NCBI RefSeq assembly: GCF_009914755.1
Contig: NC_060933.1
Strand: one strand, 5' to 3'
Source: the human T2T-CHM13v2.0 reference genome, Homo sapiens
Length of the DNA stretch: 64,000 nucleotides
Position 1 is the first letter of the stretch. The number at the start of each line of letters is the position of its first letter. The notes beneath the pieces were generated by a model. It did no database searches, was not told the DNA's origin, and saw only the letters and a program-made list of their open reading frames with translations. The position numbers and the translations under genes are program-made. This document shows, piece after piece, positions 1 through 13,800 of this stretch.

Positions 1-297
1 CATTCTCAGAAACTTCTCTGTGATGTTTGCATTCAACTCATAGAGTTGAACACTTCCCTTCATACAGCAGGTTTGAAACACTCTTTTTGTAATATTTGGA
101 AGTGGACATTTGCAGCGCTTTGAGGCCTATGATGAAAAAGGTAATATCTTCCCATAAAAACTAGACAGAAGCATTCTCAGAAACTTGTTTGTGATGTGTG
201 TATTCAACTAACAGAGATGAACCTTTCTTTTTACAGAGCAGTTTTGAAACACTCTTTTTGTGGAATCTGAAAGTGGATATTTGGATAGCTTTGCGGA

Positions 298-314
298 TTT
301 CGTTGGAAACGGGA
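298..314 (+). promoter_or_regulatory. CENP-B box (m2); representative of 7 intact boxes per 15-mer at 298, 636, 978, 1490, 1828, 2170 and 2508
   Basis: TTTCGTTGGAAACGGGA matches the core NTTCGNNNNANNCGGGN. Spacings are 338/342/512/338/342/338/342 bp. Confidence 0.97.
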
Positions 315-977
315 TTACATATAAAATCTAGGGAGAAGCACTCTCAGGAACTTCTTTGTGATGTTTGCATTCAAGTCACAGAACTGAACATTCCCTTTCA
401 TAGAGCAGGTTTGAAACACTCTTTCTGTAGTATCTGCAAGCGGACGTTTTAAGCGCTTTCAGGCCTGTGGTGAGAAAGGAAATATCTTCAAATAAAAACT
501 AGACAGAAGCATTCTCAGAAACTTATTTGCGATGTGTGTCCTCAACTAACAGAGTTGAACCTTTCTTTTGATACAACATTTTGGAAACACTCTTTTTGTA
601 GAATCTGCAAGTGGATATTTGGATAGCTTTGAAGGTTTCGTTGGAAACGGGAATATCTTCATATGAAATCAAGACAGAAGCATTCTCAGAAACTTCTCTG
701 TGATGTTTGCATTCAACTCATAGAGTTGAACACTTCCCTTCATACAGCAGGTTTGAAACACTCTTTTTCTAATATTTGGAAGTGGACATTTGCAGCGCTT
801 TGAGGCCTATGTTGAAAAAGGAAATATCTTCTCCTAAAAACCAGACAGAAGCATTCTCAGAAACTTCCTTGTGATGTGTGTACTCAAGTAACAGAGTTGA
901 ACCTTCCTTTTGACAGAGCAGTTTTGAAGCACTCTTTTTGTAGAATCTGCAAGTGGATATTTTGATACCTTTGAGGA

Positions 978-994
978 TTTCGTTGGACACGGGA
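978..994 (+). promoter_or_regulatory. Variant CENP-B box (m6), core bases intact
   Basis: TTTCGTTGGACACGGGA: the A>C change falls at a non-core position of NTTCGNNNNANNCGGGN. Confidence 0.85.
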
Positions 995-1147
995 TATCTT
1001 CATATAAAATCTAGACAGAAGCATTCTCAGAAACTTCTTTGTGCTGTATGTCCTCAATTAACAGAGTTGAACCTTTGTGTGGATACAGCATTTTGGAAAC
1101 ATTCCTTTAGTAGAATCTGCAAGTTGATATTTAGATAGCTAGGAAGA

Positions 1148-1164
1148 TTTCCTTGGAAACGGGA
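1148..1164 (+). promoter_or_regulatory. Inactivated CENP-B box (m7), fixed in all HOR copies
   Basis: TTTCCTTGGAAACGGGA: the core TTCG is changed to TTCC. Confidence 0.88.
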
Positions 1165-1656
1165 ATATCTTCATATAAAATCTAGACGGAAGCATTCTCA
1201 GAAAGTGCTTTGTGATGTTTGCATTCAAGTCACAGAGTTGAATATTCCCTTTTATAGAGCAGGTTTGAAACACTCTTTCTGCACTACCTGGAAGTGGACA
1301 TTTGGAGCGCTTTGAGGCCTATGTTGAAAAACGAAATATCTTCCCATAAAAACTAGACAGAAGCATTCTCAGAAACTTGTTTGTGATGTGTGTATTCAAC
1401 TAACAGAGATGAACCTTTCTTTTTACAGAGCAGTTTTGAAACACTCTTTTTGTGGAATCTGAAAGTGGATATTTGGATAGCTTTGAGGATTTCGTTGGAA
1501 ACGGGATTACATATAAAACCTAGAGAGAAGCATTCTCAGGAACTTCTTTGTGATGTTTGCCTTCAAGTCACAGGACTGAACATTCCCTTTCATAGAGCAG
1601 GTTTGAAACACTCTTTCTGTAGTATCTGCAAGCTGACGTTTCAAGCGCTTTCAGGC

Positions 1657-1673
1657 CTATGGTGAGAAAGGAA
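1657..1673 (+). promoter_or_regulatory. A-box / pJalpha-like motif in an A-type monomer (m10; representative)
   Basis: CTATGGTGAGAAAGGAA occupies the position homologous to the CENP-B box in non-B monomers and resembles the pJalpha consensus. Confidence 0.65.
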
Positions 1674-4600
1674 ATATCTTCAAGTAAAAACTAGACAGAA
1701 GCATTCTCAGAAACTTATTTGCCATGTGTGTTCTCAACTAACAGAGTTGAACCTTTGTTTTGATACGGCATTTTGGAAACACTCTTTTTGTAGAATCTGC
1801 AGGTGGATATTCGGATAGCTTTGAAGGTTTCGTTGGAAACGGGAATATCTTCATATAAAATCTAGACGGAAGCATTCTCAGAAACTGCTTTGTGATGTTT
1901 TCATTCAAGTCACAGAGTAGAATGTTCCCTGTTATATACCAGGTTTGAGACACTCTTTCTGCACTACCCGGAAGTGGACGTTTGGAGCGCTTTGAGGCCT
2001 ATGTTGAAAAACGAAATATCTTCCCATAAAAACTAGACAGAAGCATTCTCAGAAACTTGTTTGTGATGTGTGTATTCAACTAACAGAGATGAACCTTTCT
2101 TTTTACAGAGCAGTTTTGAAACACTCTTTTTGTGGAATCTGAAAGTGGATATTTGGATAGCTTTGAGGATTTCGTTGGAAACGGGATTACATATAAAATC
2201 TAGAGAGAAGCATTCTCAGGAACTTCTTTGTGATGTTTGCAATCACGTCACAGAACTGAACATTCCCTTTCATAGAGCATGTTTGAAACACTCTTTCTGT
2301 AGTATCTGCAAACGGACATTTCAAACGCTTTCAGGCCTATGGTGAGAAAGGAAATATCTTCAAGTAAAAACTAGACAGAAGCATTCTCAGAAACTTATTT
2401 GCGATGTGTGTCCTCAACTAACAGAGTTGAACCTTTCTTTTGATACAACATTTTGGAAACACTCTTTTTGTAGAATCTGCAAGTGGATATTTGAATAGCT
2501 TTGAAGGTTTCGTTGGAAACGGGAATATCTTCATATAAAATCAAGACAGAAGCATTCTCAGAAACTTCTCTGTGATGTTTGCATTCAACTCATAGAGTTG
2601 AACACTTCCCTTCATACAGCAGGTTTGAAACACTCTTTTTGTAATATTTGGAAGTGGACTTTTGCAGCGCTTTGAGGCCTATGATGAAAAAGGTAATATC
2701 TTCCCATAAAAACTAGACAGAAGCATTCTCAGAAACTTGTTTGTGATGTGTGTATTCAACTAACAGAGATGAACCTTTGTTTTTACAGAGCAGTTTTGAA
2801 ACACTGTTTTTGTGGAATCTGAAAGTGGATATTTGGATAGCTTTGCGGATTTCGTTGGAAACGGGATTACATATAAAATCTAGGGAGAAGCACTCTCAGG
2901 AACTTCTTTGTGATGTTTGCATTCAAGTCACAGAACTGAACATTCCCTTTCATAGAGCAGGTTTGAAACACTCTTTCTGTAGTATCTGCAAGCGGACGTT
3001 TTAAGCGCTTTCAGGCCTGTGGTGAGAAAGGAAATATCTTCAAATAAAAACTAGACAGAAGCATTCTCAGAAACTTATTTGCGATGTGTGTCCTCAACTA
3101 ACAGAGTTGAACCTTTCTTTTGATACAACATTTTGGAAACACTCTTTTTGTAGAATCTGCAAGTGGATATTTGGATAGCTTTGAAGGTTTCGTTGGAAAC
3201 GGGAATATCTTCATATGAAATCAAGACAGAAGCATTCTCAGAAACTTCTCTGTGATGTTTGCATTCAACTCATAGAGTTGAACACTTCCCTTCATACAGC
3301 AGGTTTGAAACACTCTTTTTCTAATATTTGGAAGTGGACATTTGCAGCGCTTTGAGGCCTATGTTGAAAAAGGAAATATCTTCTCCTAAAAACCAGACAG
3401 AAGCATTCTCAGAAACTTCCTTGTGATGTGTGTACTCAAGTAACAGAGTTGAACCTTCCTTTTGACAGAGCAGTTTTGAAGCACTCTTTTTGTAGAATCT
3501 GCAAGTGGATATTTTGATACCTTTGAGGATTTCGTTGGACACGGGATATCTTCATATAAAATCTAGACAGAAGCATTCTCAGAAACTTCTTTGTGCTGTA
3601 TGTCCTCAATTAACAGAGTTGAACCTTTGTGTGGATACAGCATTTTGGAAACATTCCTTTAGTAGAATCTGCAAGTTGATATTTAGATAGCTAGGAAGAT
3701 TTCCTTGGAAACGGGAATATCTTCATATAAAATCTAGACGGAAGCATTCTCAGAAAGTGCTTTGTGATGTTTGCATTCAAGTCACAGAGTTGAATATTCC
3801 CTTTTATAGAGCAGGTTTGAAACACTCTTTCTGCACTACCTGGAAGTGGACATTTGGAGCGCTTTGAGGCCTATGTTGAAAAACGAAATATCTTCCCATA
3901 AAAACTAGACAGAAGCATTCTCAGAAACTTGTTTGTGATGTGTGTATTCAACTAACAGAGATGAACCTTTCTTTTTACAGAGCAGTTTTGAAACACTCTT
4001 TTTGTGGAATCTGAAAGTGGATATTTGGATAGCTTTGAGGATTTCGTTGGAAACGGGATTACATATAAAACCTAGAGAGAAGCATTCTCAGGAACTTCTT
4101 TGTGATGTTTGCCTTCAAGTCACAGGACTGAACATTCCCTTTCATAGAGCAGGTTTGAAACACTCTTTCTGTAGTATCTGCAAGCTGACGTTTCAAGCGC
4201 TTTCAGGCCTATGGTGAGAAAGGAAATATCTTCAAGTAAAAACTAGACAGAAGCATTCTCAGAAACTTATTTGCCATGTGTGTTCTCAACTAACAGAGTT
4301 GAACCTTTGTTTTGATACGGCATTTTGGAAACACTCTTTTTGTAGAATCTGCAGGTGGATATTCGGATAGCTTTGAAGGTTTCGTTGGAAACGGGAATAT
4401 CTTCATATAAAATCTAGACGGAAGCATTCTCAGAAACTGCTTTGTGATGTTTTCATTCAAGTCACAGAGTAGAATGTTCCCTGTTATATACCAGGTTTGA
4501 GACACTCTTTCTGCACTACCCGGAAGTGGACGTTTGGAGCGCTTTGAGGCCTATGTTGAAAAACGAAATATCTTCCCATAAAAACTAGACAGAAGCATTC

Positions 4601-7600
4601 TCAGAAACTTGTTTGTGATGTGTGTATTCAACTAACAGAGATGAACCTTTCTTTTTACAGAGCAGTTTTGAAACACTCTTTTTGTGGAATCTGAAAGTGG
4701 ATATTTGGATAGCTTTGAGGATTTCGTTGGAAACGGGATTACATATAAAATCTAGAGAGAAGCATTCTCAGGAACTTCTTTGTGATGTTTGCAATCACGT
4801 CACAGAACTGAACATTCCCTTTCATAGAGCATGTTTGAAACACTCTTTCTGTAGTATCTGCAAACGGACATTTCAAACGCTTTCAGGCCTATGGTGAGAA
4901 AGGAAATATCTTCAAGTAAAAACTAGACAGAAGCATTCTCAGAAACTTATTTGCGATGTGTGTCCTCAACTAACAGAGTTGAACCTTTCTTTTGATACAA
5001 CATTTTGGAAACACTCTTTTTGTAGAATCTGCAAGTGGATATTTGAATAGCTTTGAAGGTTTCGTTGGAAACGGGAATATCTTCATATAAAATCAAGACA
5101 GAAGCATTCTCAGAAACTTCTATGTGATGTTTGCATTCAACTCATAGAGTTGAACACTTCCCTTCATACAGCAGGTTTGAAACACTCTTTTTGTAATATT
5201 TGGAAGTGGACTTTTGCAGCGCTTTGAGGCCTATGATGAAAAAGGTAATATCTTCCCATAAAAACTAGACAGAAGCATTCTCAGAAACTTGTTTGTGATG
5301 TGTGTATTCAACTAACAGAGATGAACCTTTCTTTTTACAGAGCAGTTTTGAAACACTCTTTTTGTGGAATCTGAAAGTGGATATTTGGATAGCTTTGCGG
5401 ATTTCGTTGGAAACGGGATTACATATAAAATCTAGGGAGAAGCACTCTCAGGAACTTCTTTGTGATGTTTGCATTCAAGTCACAGAACTGAACATTCCCT
5501 TTCATAGAGCAGGTTTGAAACACTCTTTCTGTAGTATCTGCAAGCGGACGTTTTAAGCGCTTTCAGGCCTGTGGTGAGAAAGGAAATATCTTCAAATAAA
5601 AACTAGACAGAAGCATTCTCAGAAACTTATTTGCGATGTGTGTCCTCAACTAACAGAGTTGAACCTTTCTTTTGATACAACATTTTGGAAACACTCTTTT
5701 TGTAGAATCTGCAAGTGGATATTTGGATAGCTTTGAAGGTTTCGTTGGAAACGGGAATATCTTCATATGAAATCAAGACAGAAGCATTCTCAGAAACTTC
5801 TCTGTGATGTTTGCATTCAACTCATAGAGTTGAACACTTCCCTTCATACAGCAGGTTTGAAACACTCTTTTTCTAATATTTGGAAGTGGACATTTGCAGC
5901 GCTTTGAGGCCTATGTTGAAAAAGGAAATATCTTCTCCTAAAAACCAGACAGAAGCATTCTCAGAAACTTCCTTGTGATGTGTGTACTCAAGTAACAGAG
6001 TTGAACCTTCCTTTTGACAGAGCAGTTTTGAAGCACTCTTTTTGTAGAATCTGCAAGTGGATATTTTGATACCTTTGAGGATTTCGTTGGACACGGGATA
6101 TCTTCATATAAAATCTAGACAGAAGCATTCTCAGAAACTTCTTTGTGCTGTATGTCCTCAATTAACAGAGTTGAACCTTTGTGTGGATACAGCATTTTGG
6201 AAACATTCCTTTAGTAGAATCTGCAAGTTGATATTTAGATAGCTAGGAAGATTTCCTTGGAAACGGGAATATCTTCATATAAAATCTAGACGGAAGCATT
6301 CTCAGAAAGTGCTTTGTGATGTTTGCATTCAAGTCACAGAGTTGAATATTCCCTTTTATAGAGCAGGTTTGAAACACTCTTTCTGCACTACCTGGAAGTG
6401 GACATTTGGAGCGCTTTGAGGCCTATGTTGAAAAACGAAATATCTTCCCATAAAAACTAGACAGAAGCATTCTCAGAAACTTGTTTGTGATGTGTGTATT
6501 CAACTAACAGAGATGAACCTTTCTTTTTACAGAGCAGTTTTGAAACACTCTTTTTGTGGAATCTGAAAGTGGATATTTGGATAGCTTTGAGGATTTCGTT
6601 GGAAACGGGATTACATATAAAACCTAGAGAGAAGCATTCTCAGGAACTTCTTTGTGATGTTTGCCTTCAAGTCACAGGACTGAACATTCCCTTTCATAGA
6701 GCAGGTTTGAAACACTCTTTCTGTAGTATCTGCAAGCTGACGTTTCAAGCGCTTTCAGGCCTATGGTGAGAAAGGAAATATCTTCAAGTAAAAACTAGAC
6801 AGAAGCATTCTCAGAAACTTATTTGCCATGTGTGTTCTCAACTAACAGAGTTGAACCTTTGTTTTGATACGGCATTTTGGAAACATTCTTTTTGTAGAAT
6901 CTGCAGGTGGATATTCGGATAGCTTTGAAGGTTTCGTTGGAAACGGGAATATCTTCATATAAAATCTAGACGGAAGCATTCTCAGAAACTGCTTTGTGAT
7001 GTTTTCATTCAAGTCACAGAGTAGAATGTTCCCTGTTATATACCAGGTTTGAGACACTCTTTCTGCACTACCCGGAAGTGGACGTTTGGAGCGCTTTGAG
7101 GCCTATGTTGAAAAACGAAATATCTTCCCATAAAAACTAGACAGAAGCATTCTCAGAAACTTGTTTGTGATGTGTGTATTCAACTAACAGAGATGAACCT
7201 TTCTTTTTACAGAGCAGTTTTGAAACACTCTTTTTGTGGAATCTGAAAGTGGATATTTGGATAGCTTTGAGGATTTCGTTGGAAACGGGATTACATATAA
7301 AATCTAGAGAGAAGCATTCTCAGGAACTTCTTTGTGATGTTTGCAATCACGTCACAGAACTGAACATTCCCTTTCATAGAGCATGTTTGAAACACTCTTT
7401 CTGTAGTATCTGCAAACGGACATTTCAAACGCTTTCAGGCCTATGGTGAGAAAGGAAATATCTTCAAGTAAAAACTAGACAGAAGCATTCTCAGAAACTT
7501 ATTTGCGATGTGTGTCCTCAACTAACAGAGTTGAACCTTTCTTTTGATACAACATTTTGGAAACACTCTTTTTGTAGAATCTGCAAGTGGATATTTGAAT

Positions 7601-10600
7601 AGCTTTGAAGGTTTCGTTGGAAACGGGAATATCTTCATATAAAATCAAGACAGAAGCATTCTCAGAAACTTCTCTGTGATGTTTGCATTCAACTCATAGA
7701 GTTGAACACTTCCCTTCATACAGCAGGTTTGAAACACTCTTTTTGTAATATTTGGAAGTGGACTTTTGCAGCGCTTTGAGGCCTATGATGAAAAAGGTAA
7801 TATCTTCCCATAAAAACTAGACAGAAGCATTCTCAGAAACTTGTTTGTGATGTGTGTATTCAACTAACAGAGATGAACCTTTGTTTTTACAGAGCAGTTT
7901 TGAAACACTGTTTTTGTGGAATCTGAAAGTGGATATTTGGATAGCTTTGCGGATTTCGTTGGAAACGGGATTACATATAAAATCTAGGGAGAAGCACTCT
8001 CAGGAACTTCTTTGTGATGTTTGCATTCAAGTCACAGAACTGAACATTCCCTTTCATAGAGCAGGTTTGAAACACTCTTTCTGTAGTATCTGCAAGCGGA
8101 CGTTTTAAGCGCTTTCAGGCCTGTGGTGAGAAAGGAAATATCTTCAAATAAAAACTAGACAGAAGCATTCTCAGAAACTTATTTGCGATGTGTGTCCTCA
8201 ACTAACAGAGTTGAACCTTTCTTTTGATACAACATTTTGGAAACACTCTTTTTGTAGAATCTGCAAGTGGATATTTGGATAGCTTTGAAGGTTTCGTTGG
8301 AAACGGGAATATCTTCATATGAAATCAAGACAGAAGCATTCTCAGAAACTTCTCTGTGATGTTTGCATTCAACTCATAGAGTTGAACACTTCCCTTCATA
8401 CAGCAGGTTTGAAACACTCTTTTTCTAATATTTGGAAGTGGACATTTGCAGCGCTTTGAGGCCTATGTTGAAAAAGGAAATATCTTCTCCTAAAAACCAG
8501 ACAGAAGCATTCTCAGAAACTTCCTTGTGATGTGTGTACTCAAGTAACAGAGTTGAACCTTCCTTTTGACAGAGCAGTTTTGAAGCACTCTTTTTGTAGA
8601 ATCTGCAAGTGGATATTTTGATACCTTTGAGGATTTCGTTGGACACGGGATATCTTCATATAAAATCTAGACAGAAGCATTCTCAGAAACTTCTTTGTGC
8701 TGTATGTCCTCAATTAACAGAGTTGAACCTTTGTGTGGATACAGCATTTTGGAAACATTCCTTTAGTAGAATCTGCAAGTTGATATTTAGATAGCTAGGA
8801 AGATTTCCTTGGAAACGGGAATATCTTCATATAAAATCTAGACGGAAGCATTCTCAGAAAGTGCTTTGTGATGTTTGCATTCAAGTCACAGAGTTGAATA
8901 TTCCCTTTTATAGAGCAGGTTTGAAACACTCTTTCTGCACTACCTGGAAGTGGACATTTGGAGCGCTTTGAGGCCTATGTTGAAAAACGAAATATCTTCC
9001 CATAAAAACTAGACAGAAGCATTCTCAGAAACTTGTTTGTGATGTGTGTATTCAACTAACAGAGATGAACCTTTCTTTTTACAGAGCAGTTTTGAAACAC
9101 TCTTTTTGTGGAATCTGAAAGTGGATATTTGGATAGCTTTGAGGATTTCGTTGGAAACGGGATTACATATAAAACCTAGAGAGAAGCATTCTCAGGAACT
9201 TCTTTGTGATGTTTGCCTTCAAGTCACAGGACTGAACATTCCCTTTCATAGAGCAGGTTTGAAACACTCTTTCTGTAGTATCTGCAAGCTGACGTTTCAA
9301 GCGCTTTCAGGCCTATGGTGAGAAAGGAAATATCTTCAAGTAAAAACTAGACAGAAGCATTCTCAGAAACTTATTTGCCATGTGTGTTCTCAACTAACAG
9401 AGTTGAACCTTTGTTTTGATACGGCATTTTGGAAACACTCTTTTTGTAGAATCTGCAGGTGGATATTCGGATAGCTTTGAAGGTTTCGTTGGAAACGGGA
9501 ATATCTTCATATAAAATCTAGACGGAAGCATTCTCAGAAACTGCTTTGTGATGTTTTCATTCAAGTCACAGAGTAGAATGTTCCCTGTTATATACCAGGT
9601 TTGAGACACTCTTTCTGCACTACCCGGAAGTGGACGTTTGGAGCGCTTTGAGGCCTATGTTGAAAAACGAAATATCTTCCCATAAAAACTAGACAGAAGC
9701 ATTCTCAGAAACTTGTTTGTGATGTGTGTATTCAACTAACAGAGATGAACCTTTCTTTTTACAGAGCAGTTTTGAAACACTCTTTTTGTGGAATCTGAAA
9801 GTGGATATTTGGATAGCTTTGAGGATTTCGTTGGAAACGGGATTACATATAAAATCTAGAGAGAAGCATTCTCAGGAACTTCTTTGTGATGTTTGCATTC
9901 ACGTCACAGAACTGAACATTCCCTTTCATAGAGCATGTTTGAAACACTCTTTCTGTAGTATCTGCAAACGGACATTTCAAACGCTTTCAGGCCTATGGTG
10001 AGAAAGGAAATATCTTCAAGTAAAAACTAGACAGAAGCATTCTCAGAAACTTATTTGCGATGTGTGTCCTCAACTAACAGAGTTGAACCTTTCTTTTGAT
10101 ACAACATTTTGGAAACACTCTTTTTGTAGAATCTGCAAGTGGATATTTGAATAGCTTTGAAGGTTTCGTTGGAAACGGGAATATCTTCATATAAAATCAA
10201 GACAGAAGCATTCTCAGAAACTTCTATGTGATGTTTGCATTCAACTCATAGAGTTGAACACTTCCCTTCATACAGCAGGTTTGAAACACTCTTTTTGTAA
10301 TATTTGGAAGTGGACTTTTGCAGCGCTTTGAGGCCTATGATGAAAAAGGTAATATCTTCCCATAAAAACTAGACAGAAGCATTCTCAGAAACTTGTTTGT
10401 GATGTGTGTATTCAACTAACAGAGATGAACCTTTCTTTTTACAGAGCAGTTTTGAAACACTGTTTTTGTGGAATCTGAAAGTGGATATTTGGATAGCTTT
10501 GCGGATTTCGTTGGAAACGGGATTACATATAAAATCTAGGGAGAAGCACTCTCAGGAACTTCTTTGTGATGTTTGCATTCAAGTCACAGAACTGAACATT

Positions 10601-10888
10601 CCCTTTCATAGAGCAGGTTTGAAACACTCTTTCTGTAGTATCTGCAAGCGGACGTTTTAAGCGCTTTCAGGCCTGTGGTGAGAAAGGAAATATCTTCAAA
10701 TAAAAACTAGACAGAAGCATTCTCAGAAACTTATTTGCGATGTGTGTCCTCAACTAACAGAGTTGAACCTTTCTTTTGATACAACATTTTGGAAACACTC
10801 TTTTTGTAGAATCTGCAAGTGGATATTTGGATAGCTTTGAAGGTTTCGTTGGAAACGGGAATATCTTCATATGAAATCAAGACAGAAG

Positions 10889-13800
10889 CATTCTCAGAAA
10901 CTTCTCTGTGATGTTTGCATTCAACTCATAGAGTTGAACACTTCCCTTCATACAGCAGGTTTGAAACACTCTTTTTCTAATATTTGGAAGTGGACATTTG
11001 CAGCGCTTTGAGGCCTATGTTGAAAAAGGAAATATCTTCTCCTAAAAACCAGACAGAAGCATTCTCAGAAACTTCCTTGTGATGTGTGTACTCAAGTAAC
11101 AGAGTTGAACCTTCCTTTTGACAGAGCAGTTTTGAAGCACTCTTTTTGTAGAATCTGCAAGTGGATATTTTGATACCTTTGAGGATTTCGTTGGACACGG
11201 GATATCTTCATATAAAATCTAGACAGAAGCATTCTCAGAAACTTCTTTGTGCTGTATGTCCTCAATTAACAGAGTTGAACCTTTGTGTGGATACAGCATT
11301 TTGGAAACATTCCTTTAGTAGAATCTGCAAGTTGATATTTAGATAGCTAGGAAGATTTCCTTGGAAACGGGAATATCTTCATATAAAATCTAGACGGAAG
11401 CATTCTCAGAAAGTGCTTTGTGATGTTTGCATTCAAGTCACAGAGTTGAATATTCCCTTTTATAGAGCAGGTTTGAAACACTCTTTCTGCACTACCTGGA
11501 AGTGGACATTTGGAGCGCTTTGAGGCCTATGTTGAAAAACGAAATATCTTCCCATAAAAACTAGACAGAAGCATTCTCAGAAACTTGTTTGTGATGTGTG
11601 TATTCAACTAACAGAGATGAACCTTTCTTTTTACAGAGCAGTTTTGAAACACTCTTTTTGTGGAATCTGAAAGTGGATATTTGGATAGCTTTGAGGATTT
11701 CGTTGGAAACGGGATTACATATAAAACCTAGAGAGAAGCATTCTCAGGAACTTCTTTGTGATGTTTGCCTTCAAGTCACAGGACTGAACATTCCCTTTCA
11801 TAGAGCAGGTTTGAAACACTCTTTCTGTAGTATCTGCAAGCTGACGTTTCAAGCGCTTTCAGGCCTATGGTGAGAAAGGAAATATCTTCAAGTAAAAACT
11901 AGACAGAAGCATTCTCAGAAACTTATTTGCCATGTGTGTTCTCAACTAACAGAGTTGAACCTTTGTTTTGATACGGCATTTTGGAAACACTCTTTTTGTA
12001 GAATCTGCAGGTGGATATTCGGATAGCTTTGAAGGTTTCGTTGGAAACGGGAATATCTTCATATAAAATCTAGACGGAAGCATTCTCAGAAACTGCTTTG
12101 TGATGTTTTCATTCAAGTCACAGAGTAGAATGTTCCCTGTTATATACCAGGTTTGAGACACTCTTTCTGCACTACCCGGAAGTGGACGTTTGGAGCGCTT
12201 TGAGGCCTATGTTGAAAAACGAAATATCTTCCCATAAAAACTAGACAGAAGCATTCTCAGAAACTTGTTTGTGATGTGTGTATTCAACTAACAGAGATGA
12301 ACCTTTCTTTTTACAGAGCAGTTTTGAAACACTCTTTTTGTGGAATCTGAAAGTGGATATTTGGATAGCTTTGAGGATTTCGTTGGAAACGGGATTACAT
12401 ATAAAATCTAGAGAGAAGCATTCTCAGGAACTTCTTTGTGATGTTTGCAATCACGTCACAGAACTGAACATTCCCTTTCATAGAGCATGTTTGAAACACT
12501 CTTTCTGTAGTATCTGCAAACGGACATTTCAAACGCTTTCAGGCCTATGGTGAGAAAGGAAATATCTTCAAGTAAAAACTAGACAGAAGCATTCTCAGAA
12601 ACTTATTTGCGATGTGTGTCCTCAACTAACAGAGTTGAACCTTTCTTTTGATACAACATTTTGGAAACACTCTTTTTGTAGAATCTGCAAGTGGATATTT
12701 GAATAGCTTTGAAGGTTTCGTTGGAAACGGGAATATCTTCATATAAAATCAAGACAGAAGCATTCTCAGAAACTTCTCTGTGATGTTTGCATTCAACTCA
12801 TAGAGTTGAACACTTCCCTTCATACAGCAGGTTTGAAACACTCTTTTTGTAATATTTGGAAGTGGACTTTTGCAGCGCTTTGAGGCCTATGATGAAAAAG
12901 GTAATATCTTCCCATAAAAACTAGACAGAAGCATTCTCAGAAACTTGTTTGTGATGTGTGTATTCAACTAACAGAGATGAACCTTTCTTTTTACAGAGCA
13001 GTTTTGAAACACTCTTTTTGTGGAATCTGAAAGTGGATATTTGGATAGCTTTGCGGATTTCGTTGGAAACGGGATTACATATAAAATCTAGGGAGAAGCA
13101 CTCTCAGGAACTTCTTTGTGATGTTTGCATTCAAGTCACAGAACTGAACATTCCCTTTCATAGAGCATGTTTGAAACACTCTTTCTGTAGTATCTGCAAA
13201 CGGACATTTCAAACGCTTTCAGGCCTATGGTGAGAAAGGAAATATCTTCAAGTAAAAACTAGACAGAAGCATTCTCAGAAACTTATTTGCGATGTGTGTC
13301 CTCAGCTAACAGAGTTGAACCTTTCTTTTGATACAACATTTTGGAAACACTCTTTTTGTAGAATCTGCAAGTGGATATTTGAATAGCTTTGAAGGTTTCG
13401 TTGGAAACGGGAATATCTTCAAATAAAATCAAGACAGAAGCATTCTCAGAAACTTCTCTGTGATGTTTGCATTCAACTCATAGAGTTGAACACTTCCCTT
13501 CATACAGCAGGTTTGAAACACTCTTTTTGTAATATTTGGAAGTGGACATTTGCAGCGCTTTGAGGCCTATGATGAAAAAGGTAATATCTTCCCATAAAAA
13601 CTAGACAGAAGCATTCTCAGAAACTTGTTTGTGATGTGTGTATTCAACTAACAGAGATGAGCCTTTCTTTTTACAGAGCAGTTTTGAAACACTCTTTTTG
13701 TGGAATCTGAAAGTGGATATTTGGATTGCTTTGCGGATTTCGTTGGAAACGGGATTACATATAAAATCTAGGGAGAAGCATTCTCAGGAACTTCTTTGTG

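Larger units (their letters stand above)
1..2552 (+). repeat. Reference 15-monomer HOR unit (2552 bp)
   Basis: Monomer lengths 11x171 + 3x167 + 1x170 = 2552. The sequence recurs at +2552 (ORF track 198/2750/5302/7854). Confidence 0.97.
681..10888 (+). repeat. Four tandem 15-mer HORs
   Basis: m5 starts at 681, 3233, 5785 and 8337; next at 10889 (2552 bp spacing). Confidence 0.96.

Noticed and set aside
451-466. Short palindromes (AAGCGCTT, AGGCCT) as candidate cruciform or terminator signals
   Set aside because: They are only 6-8 bp, are standard features of alpha satellite, and are too short to support a structural claim without computation.
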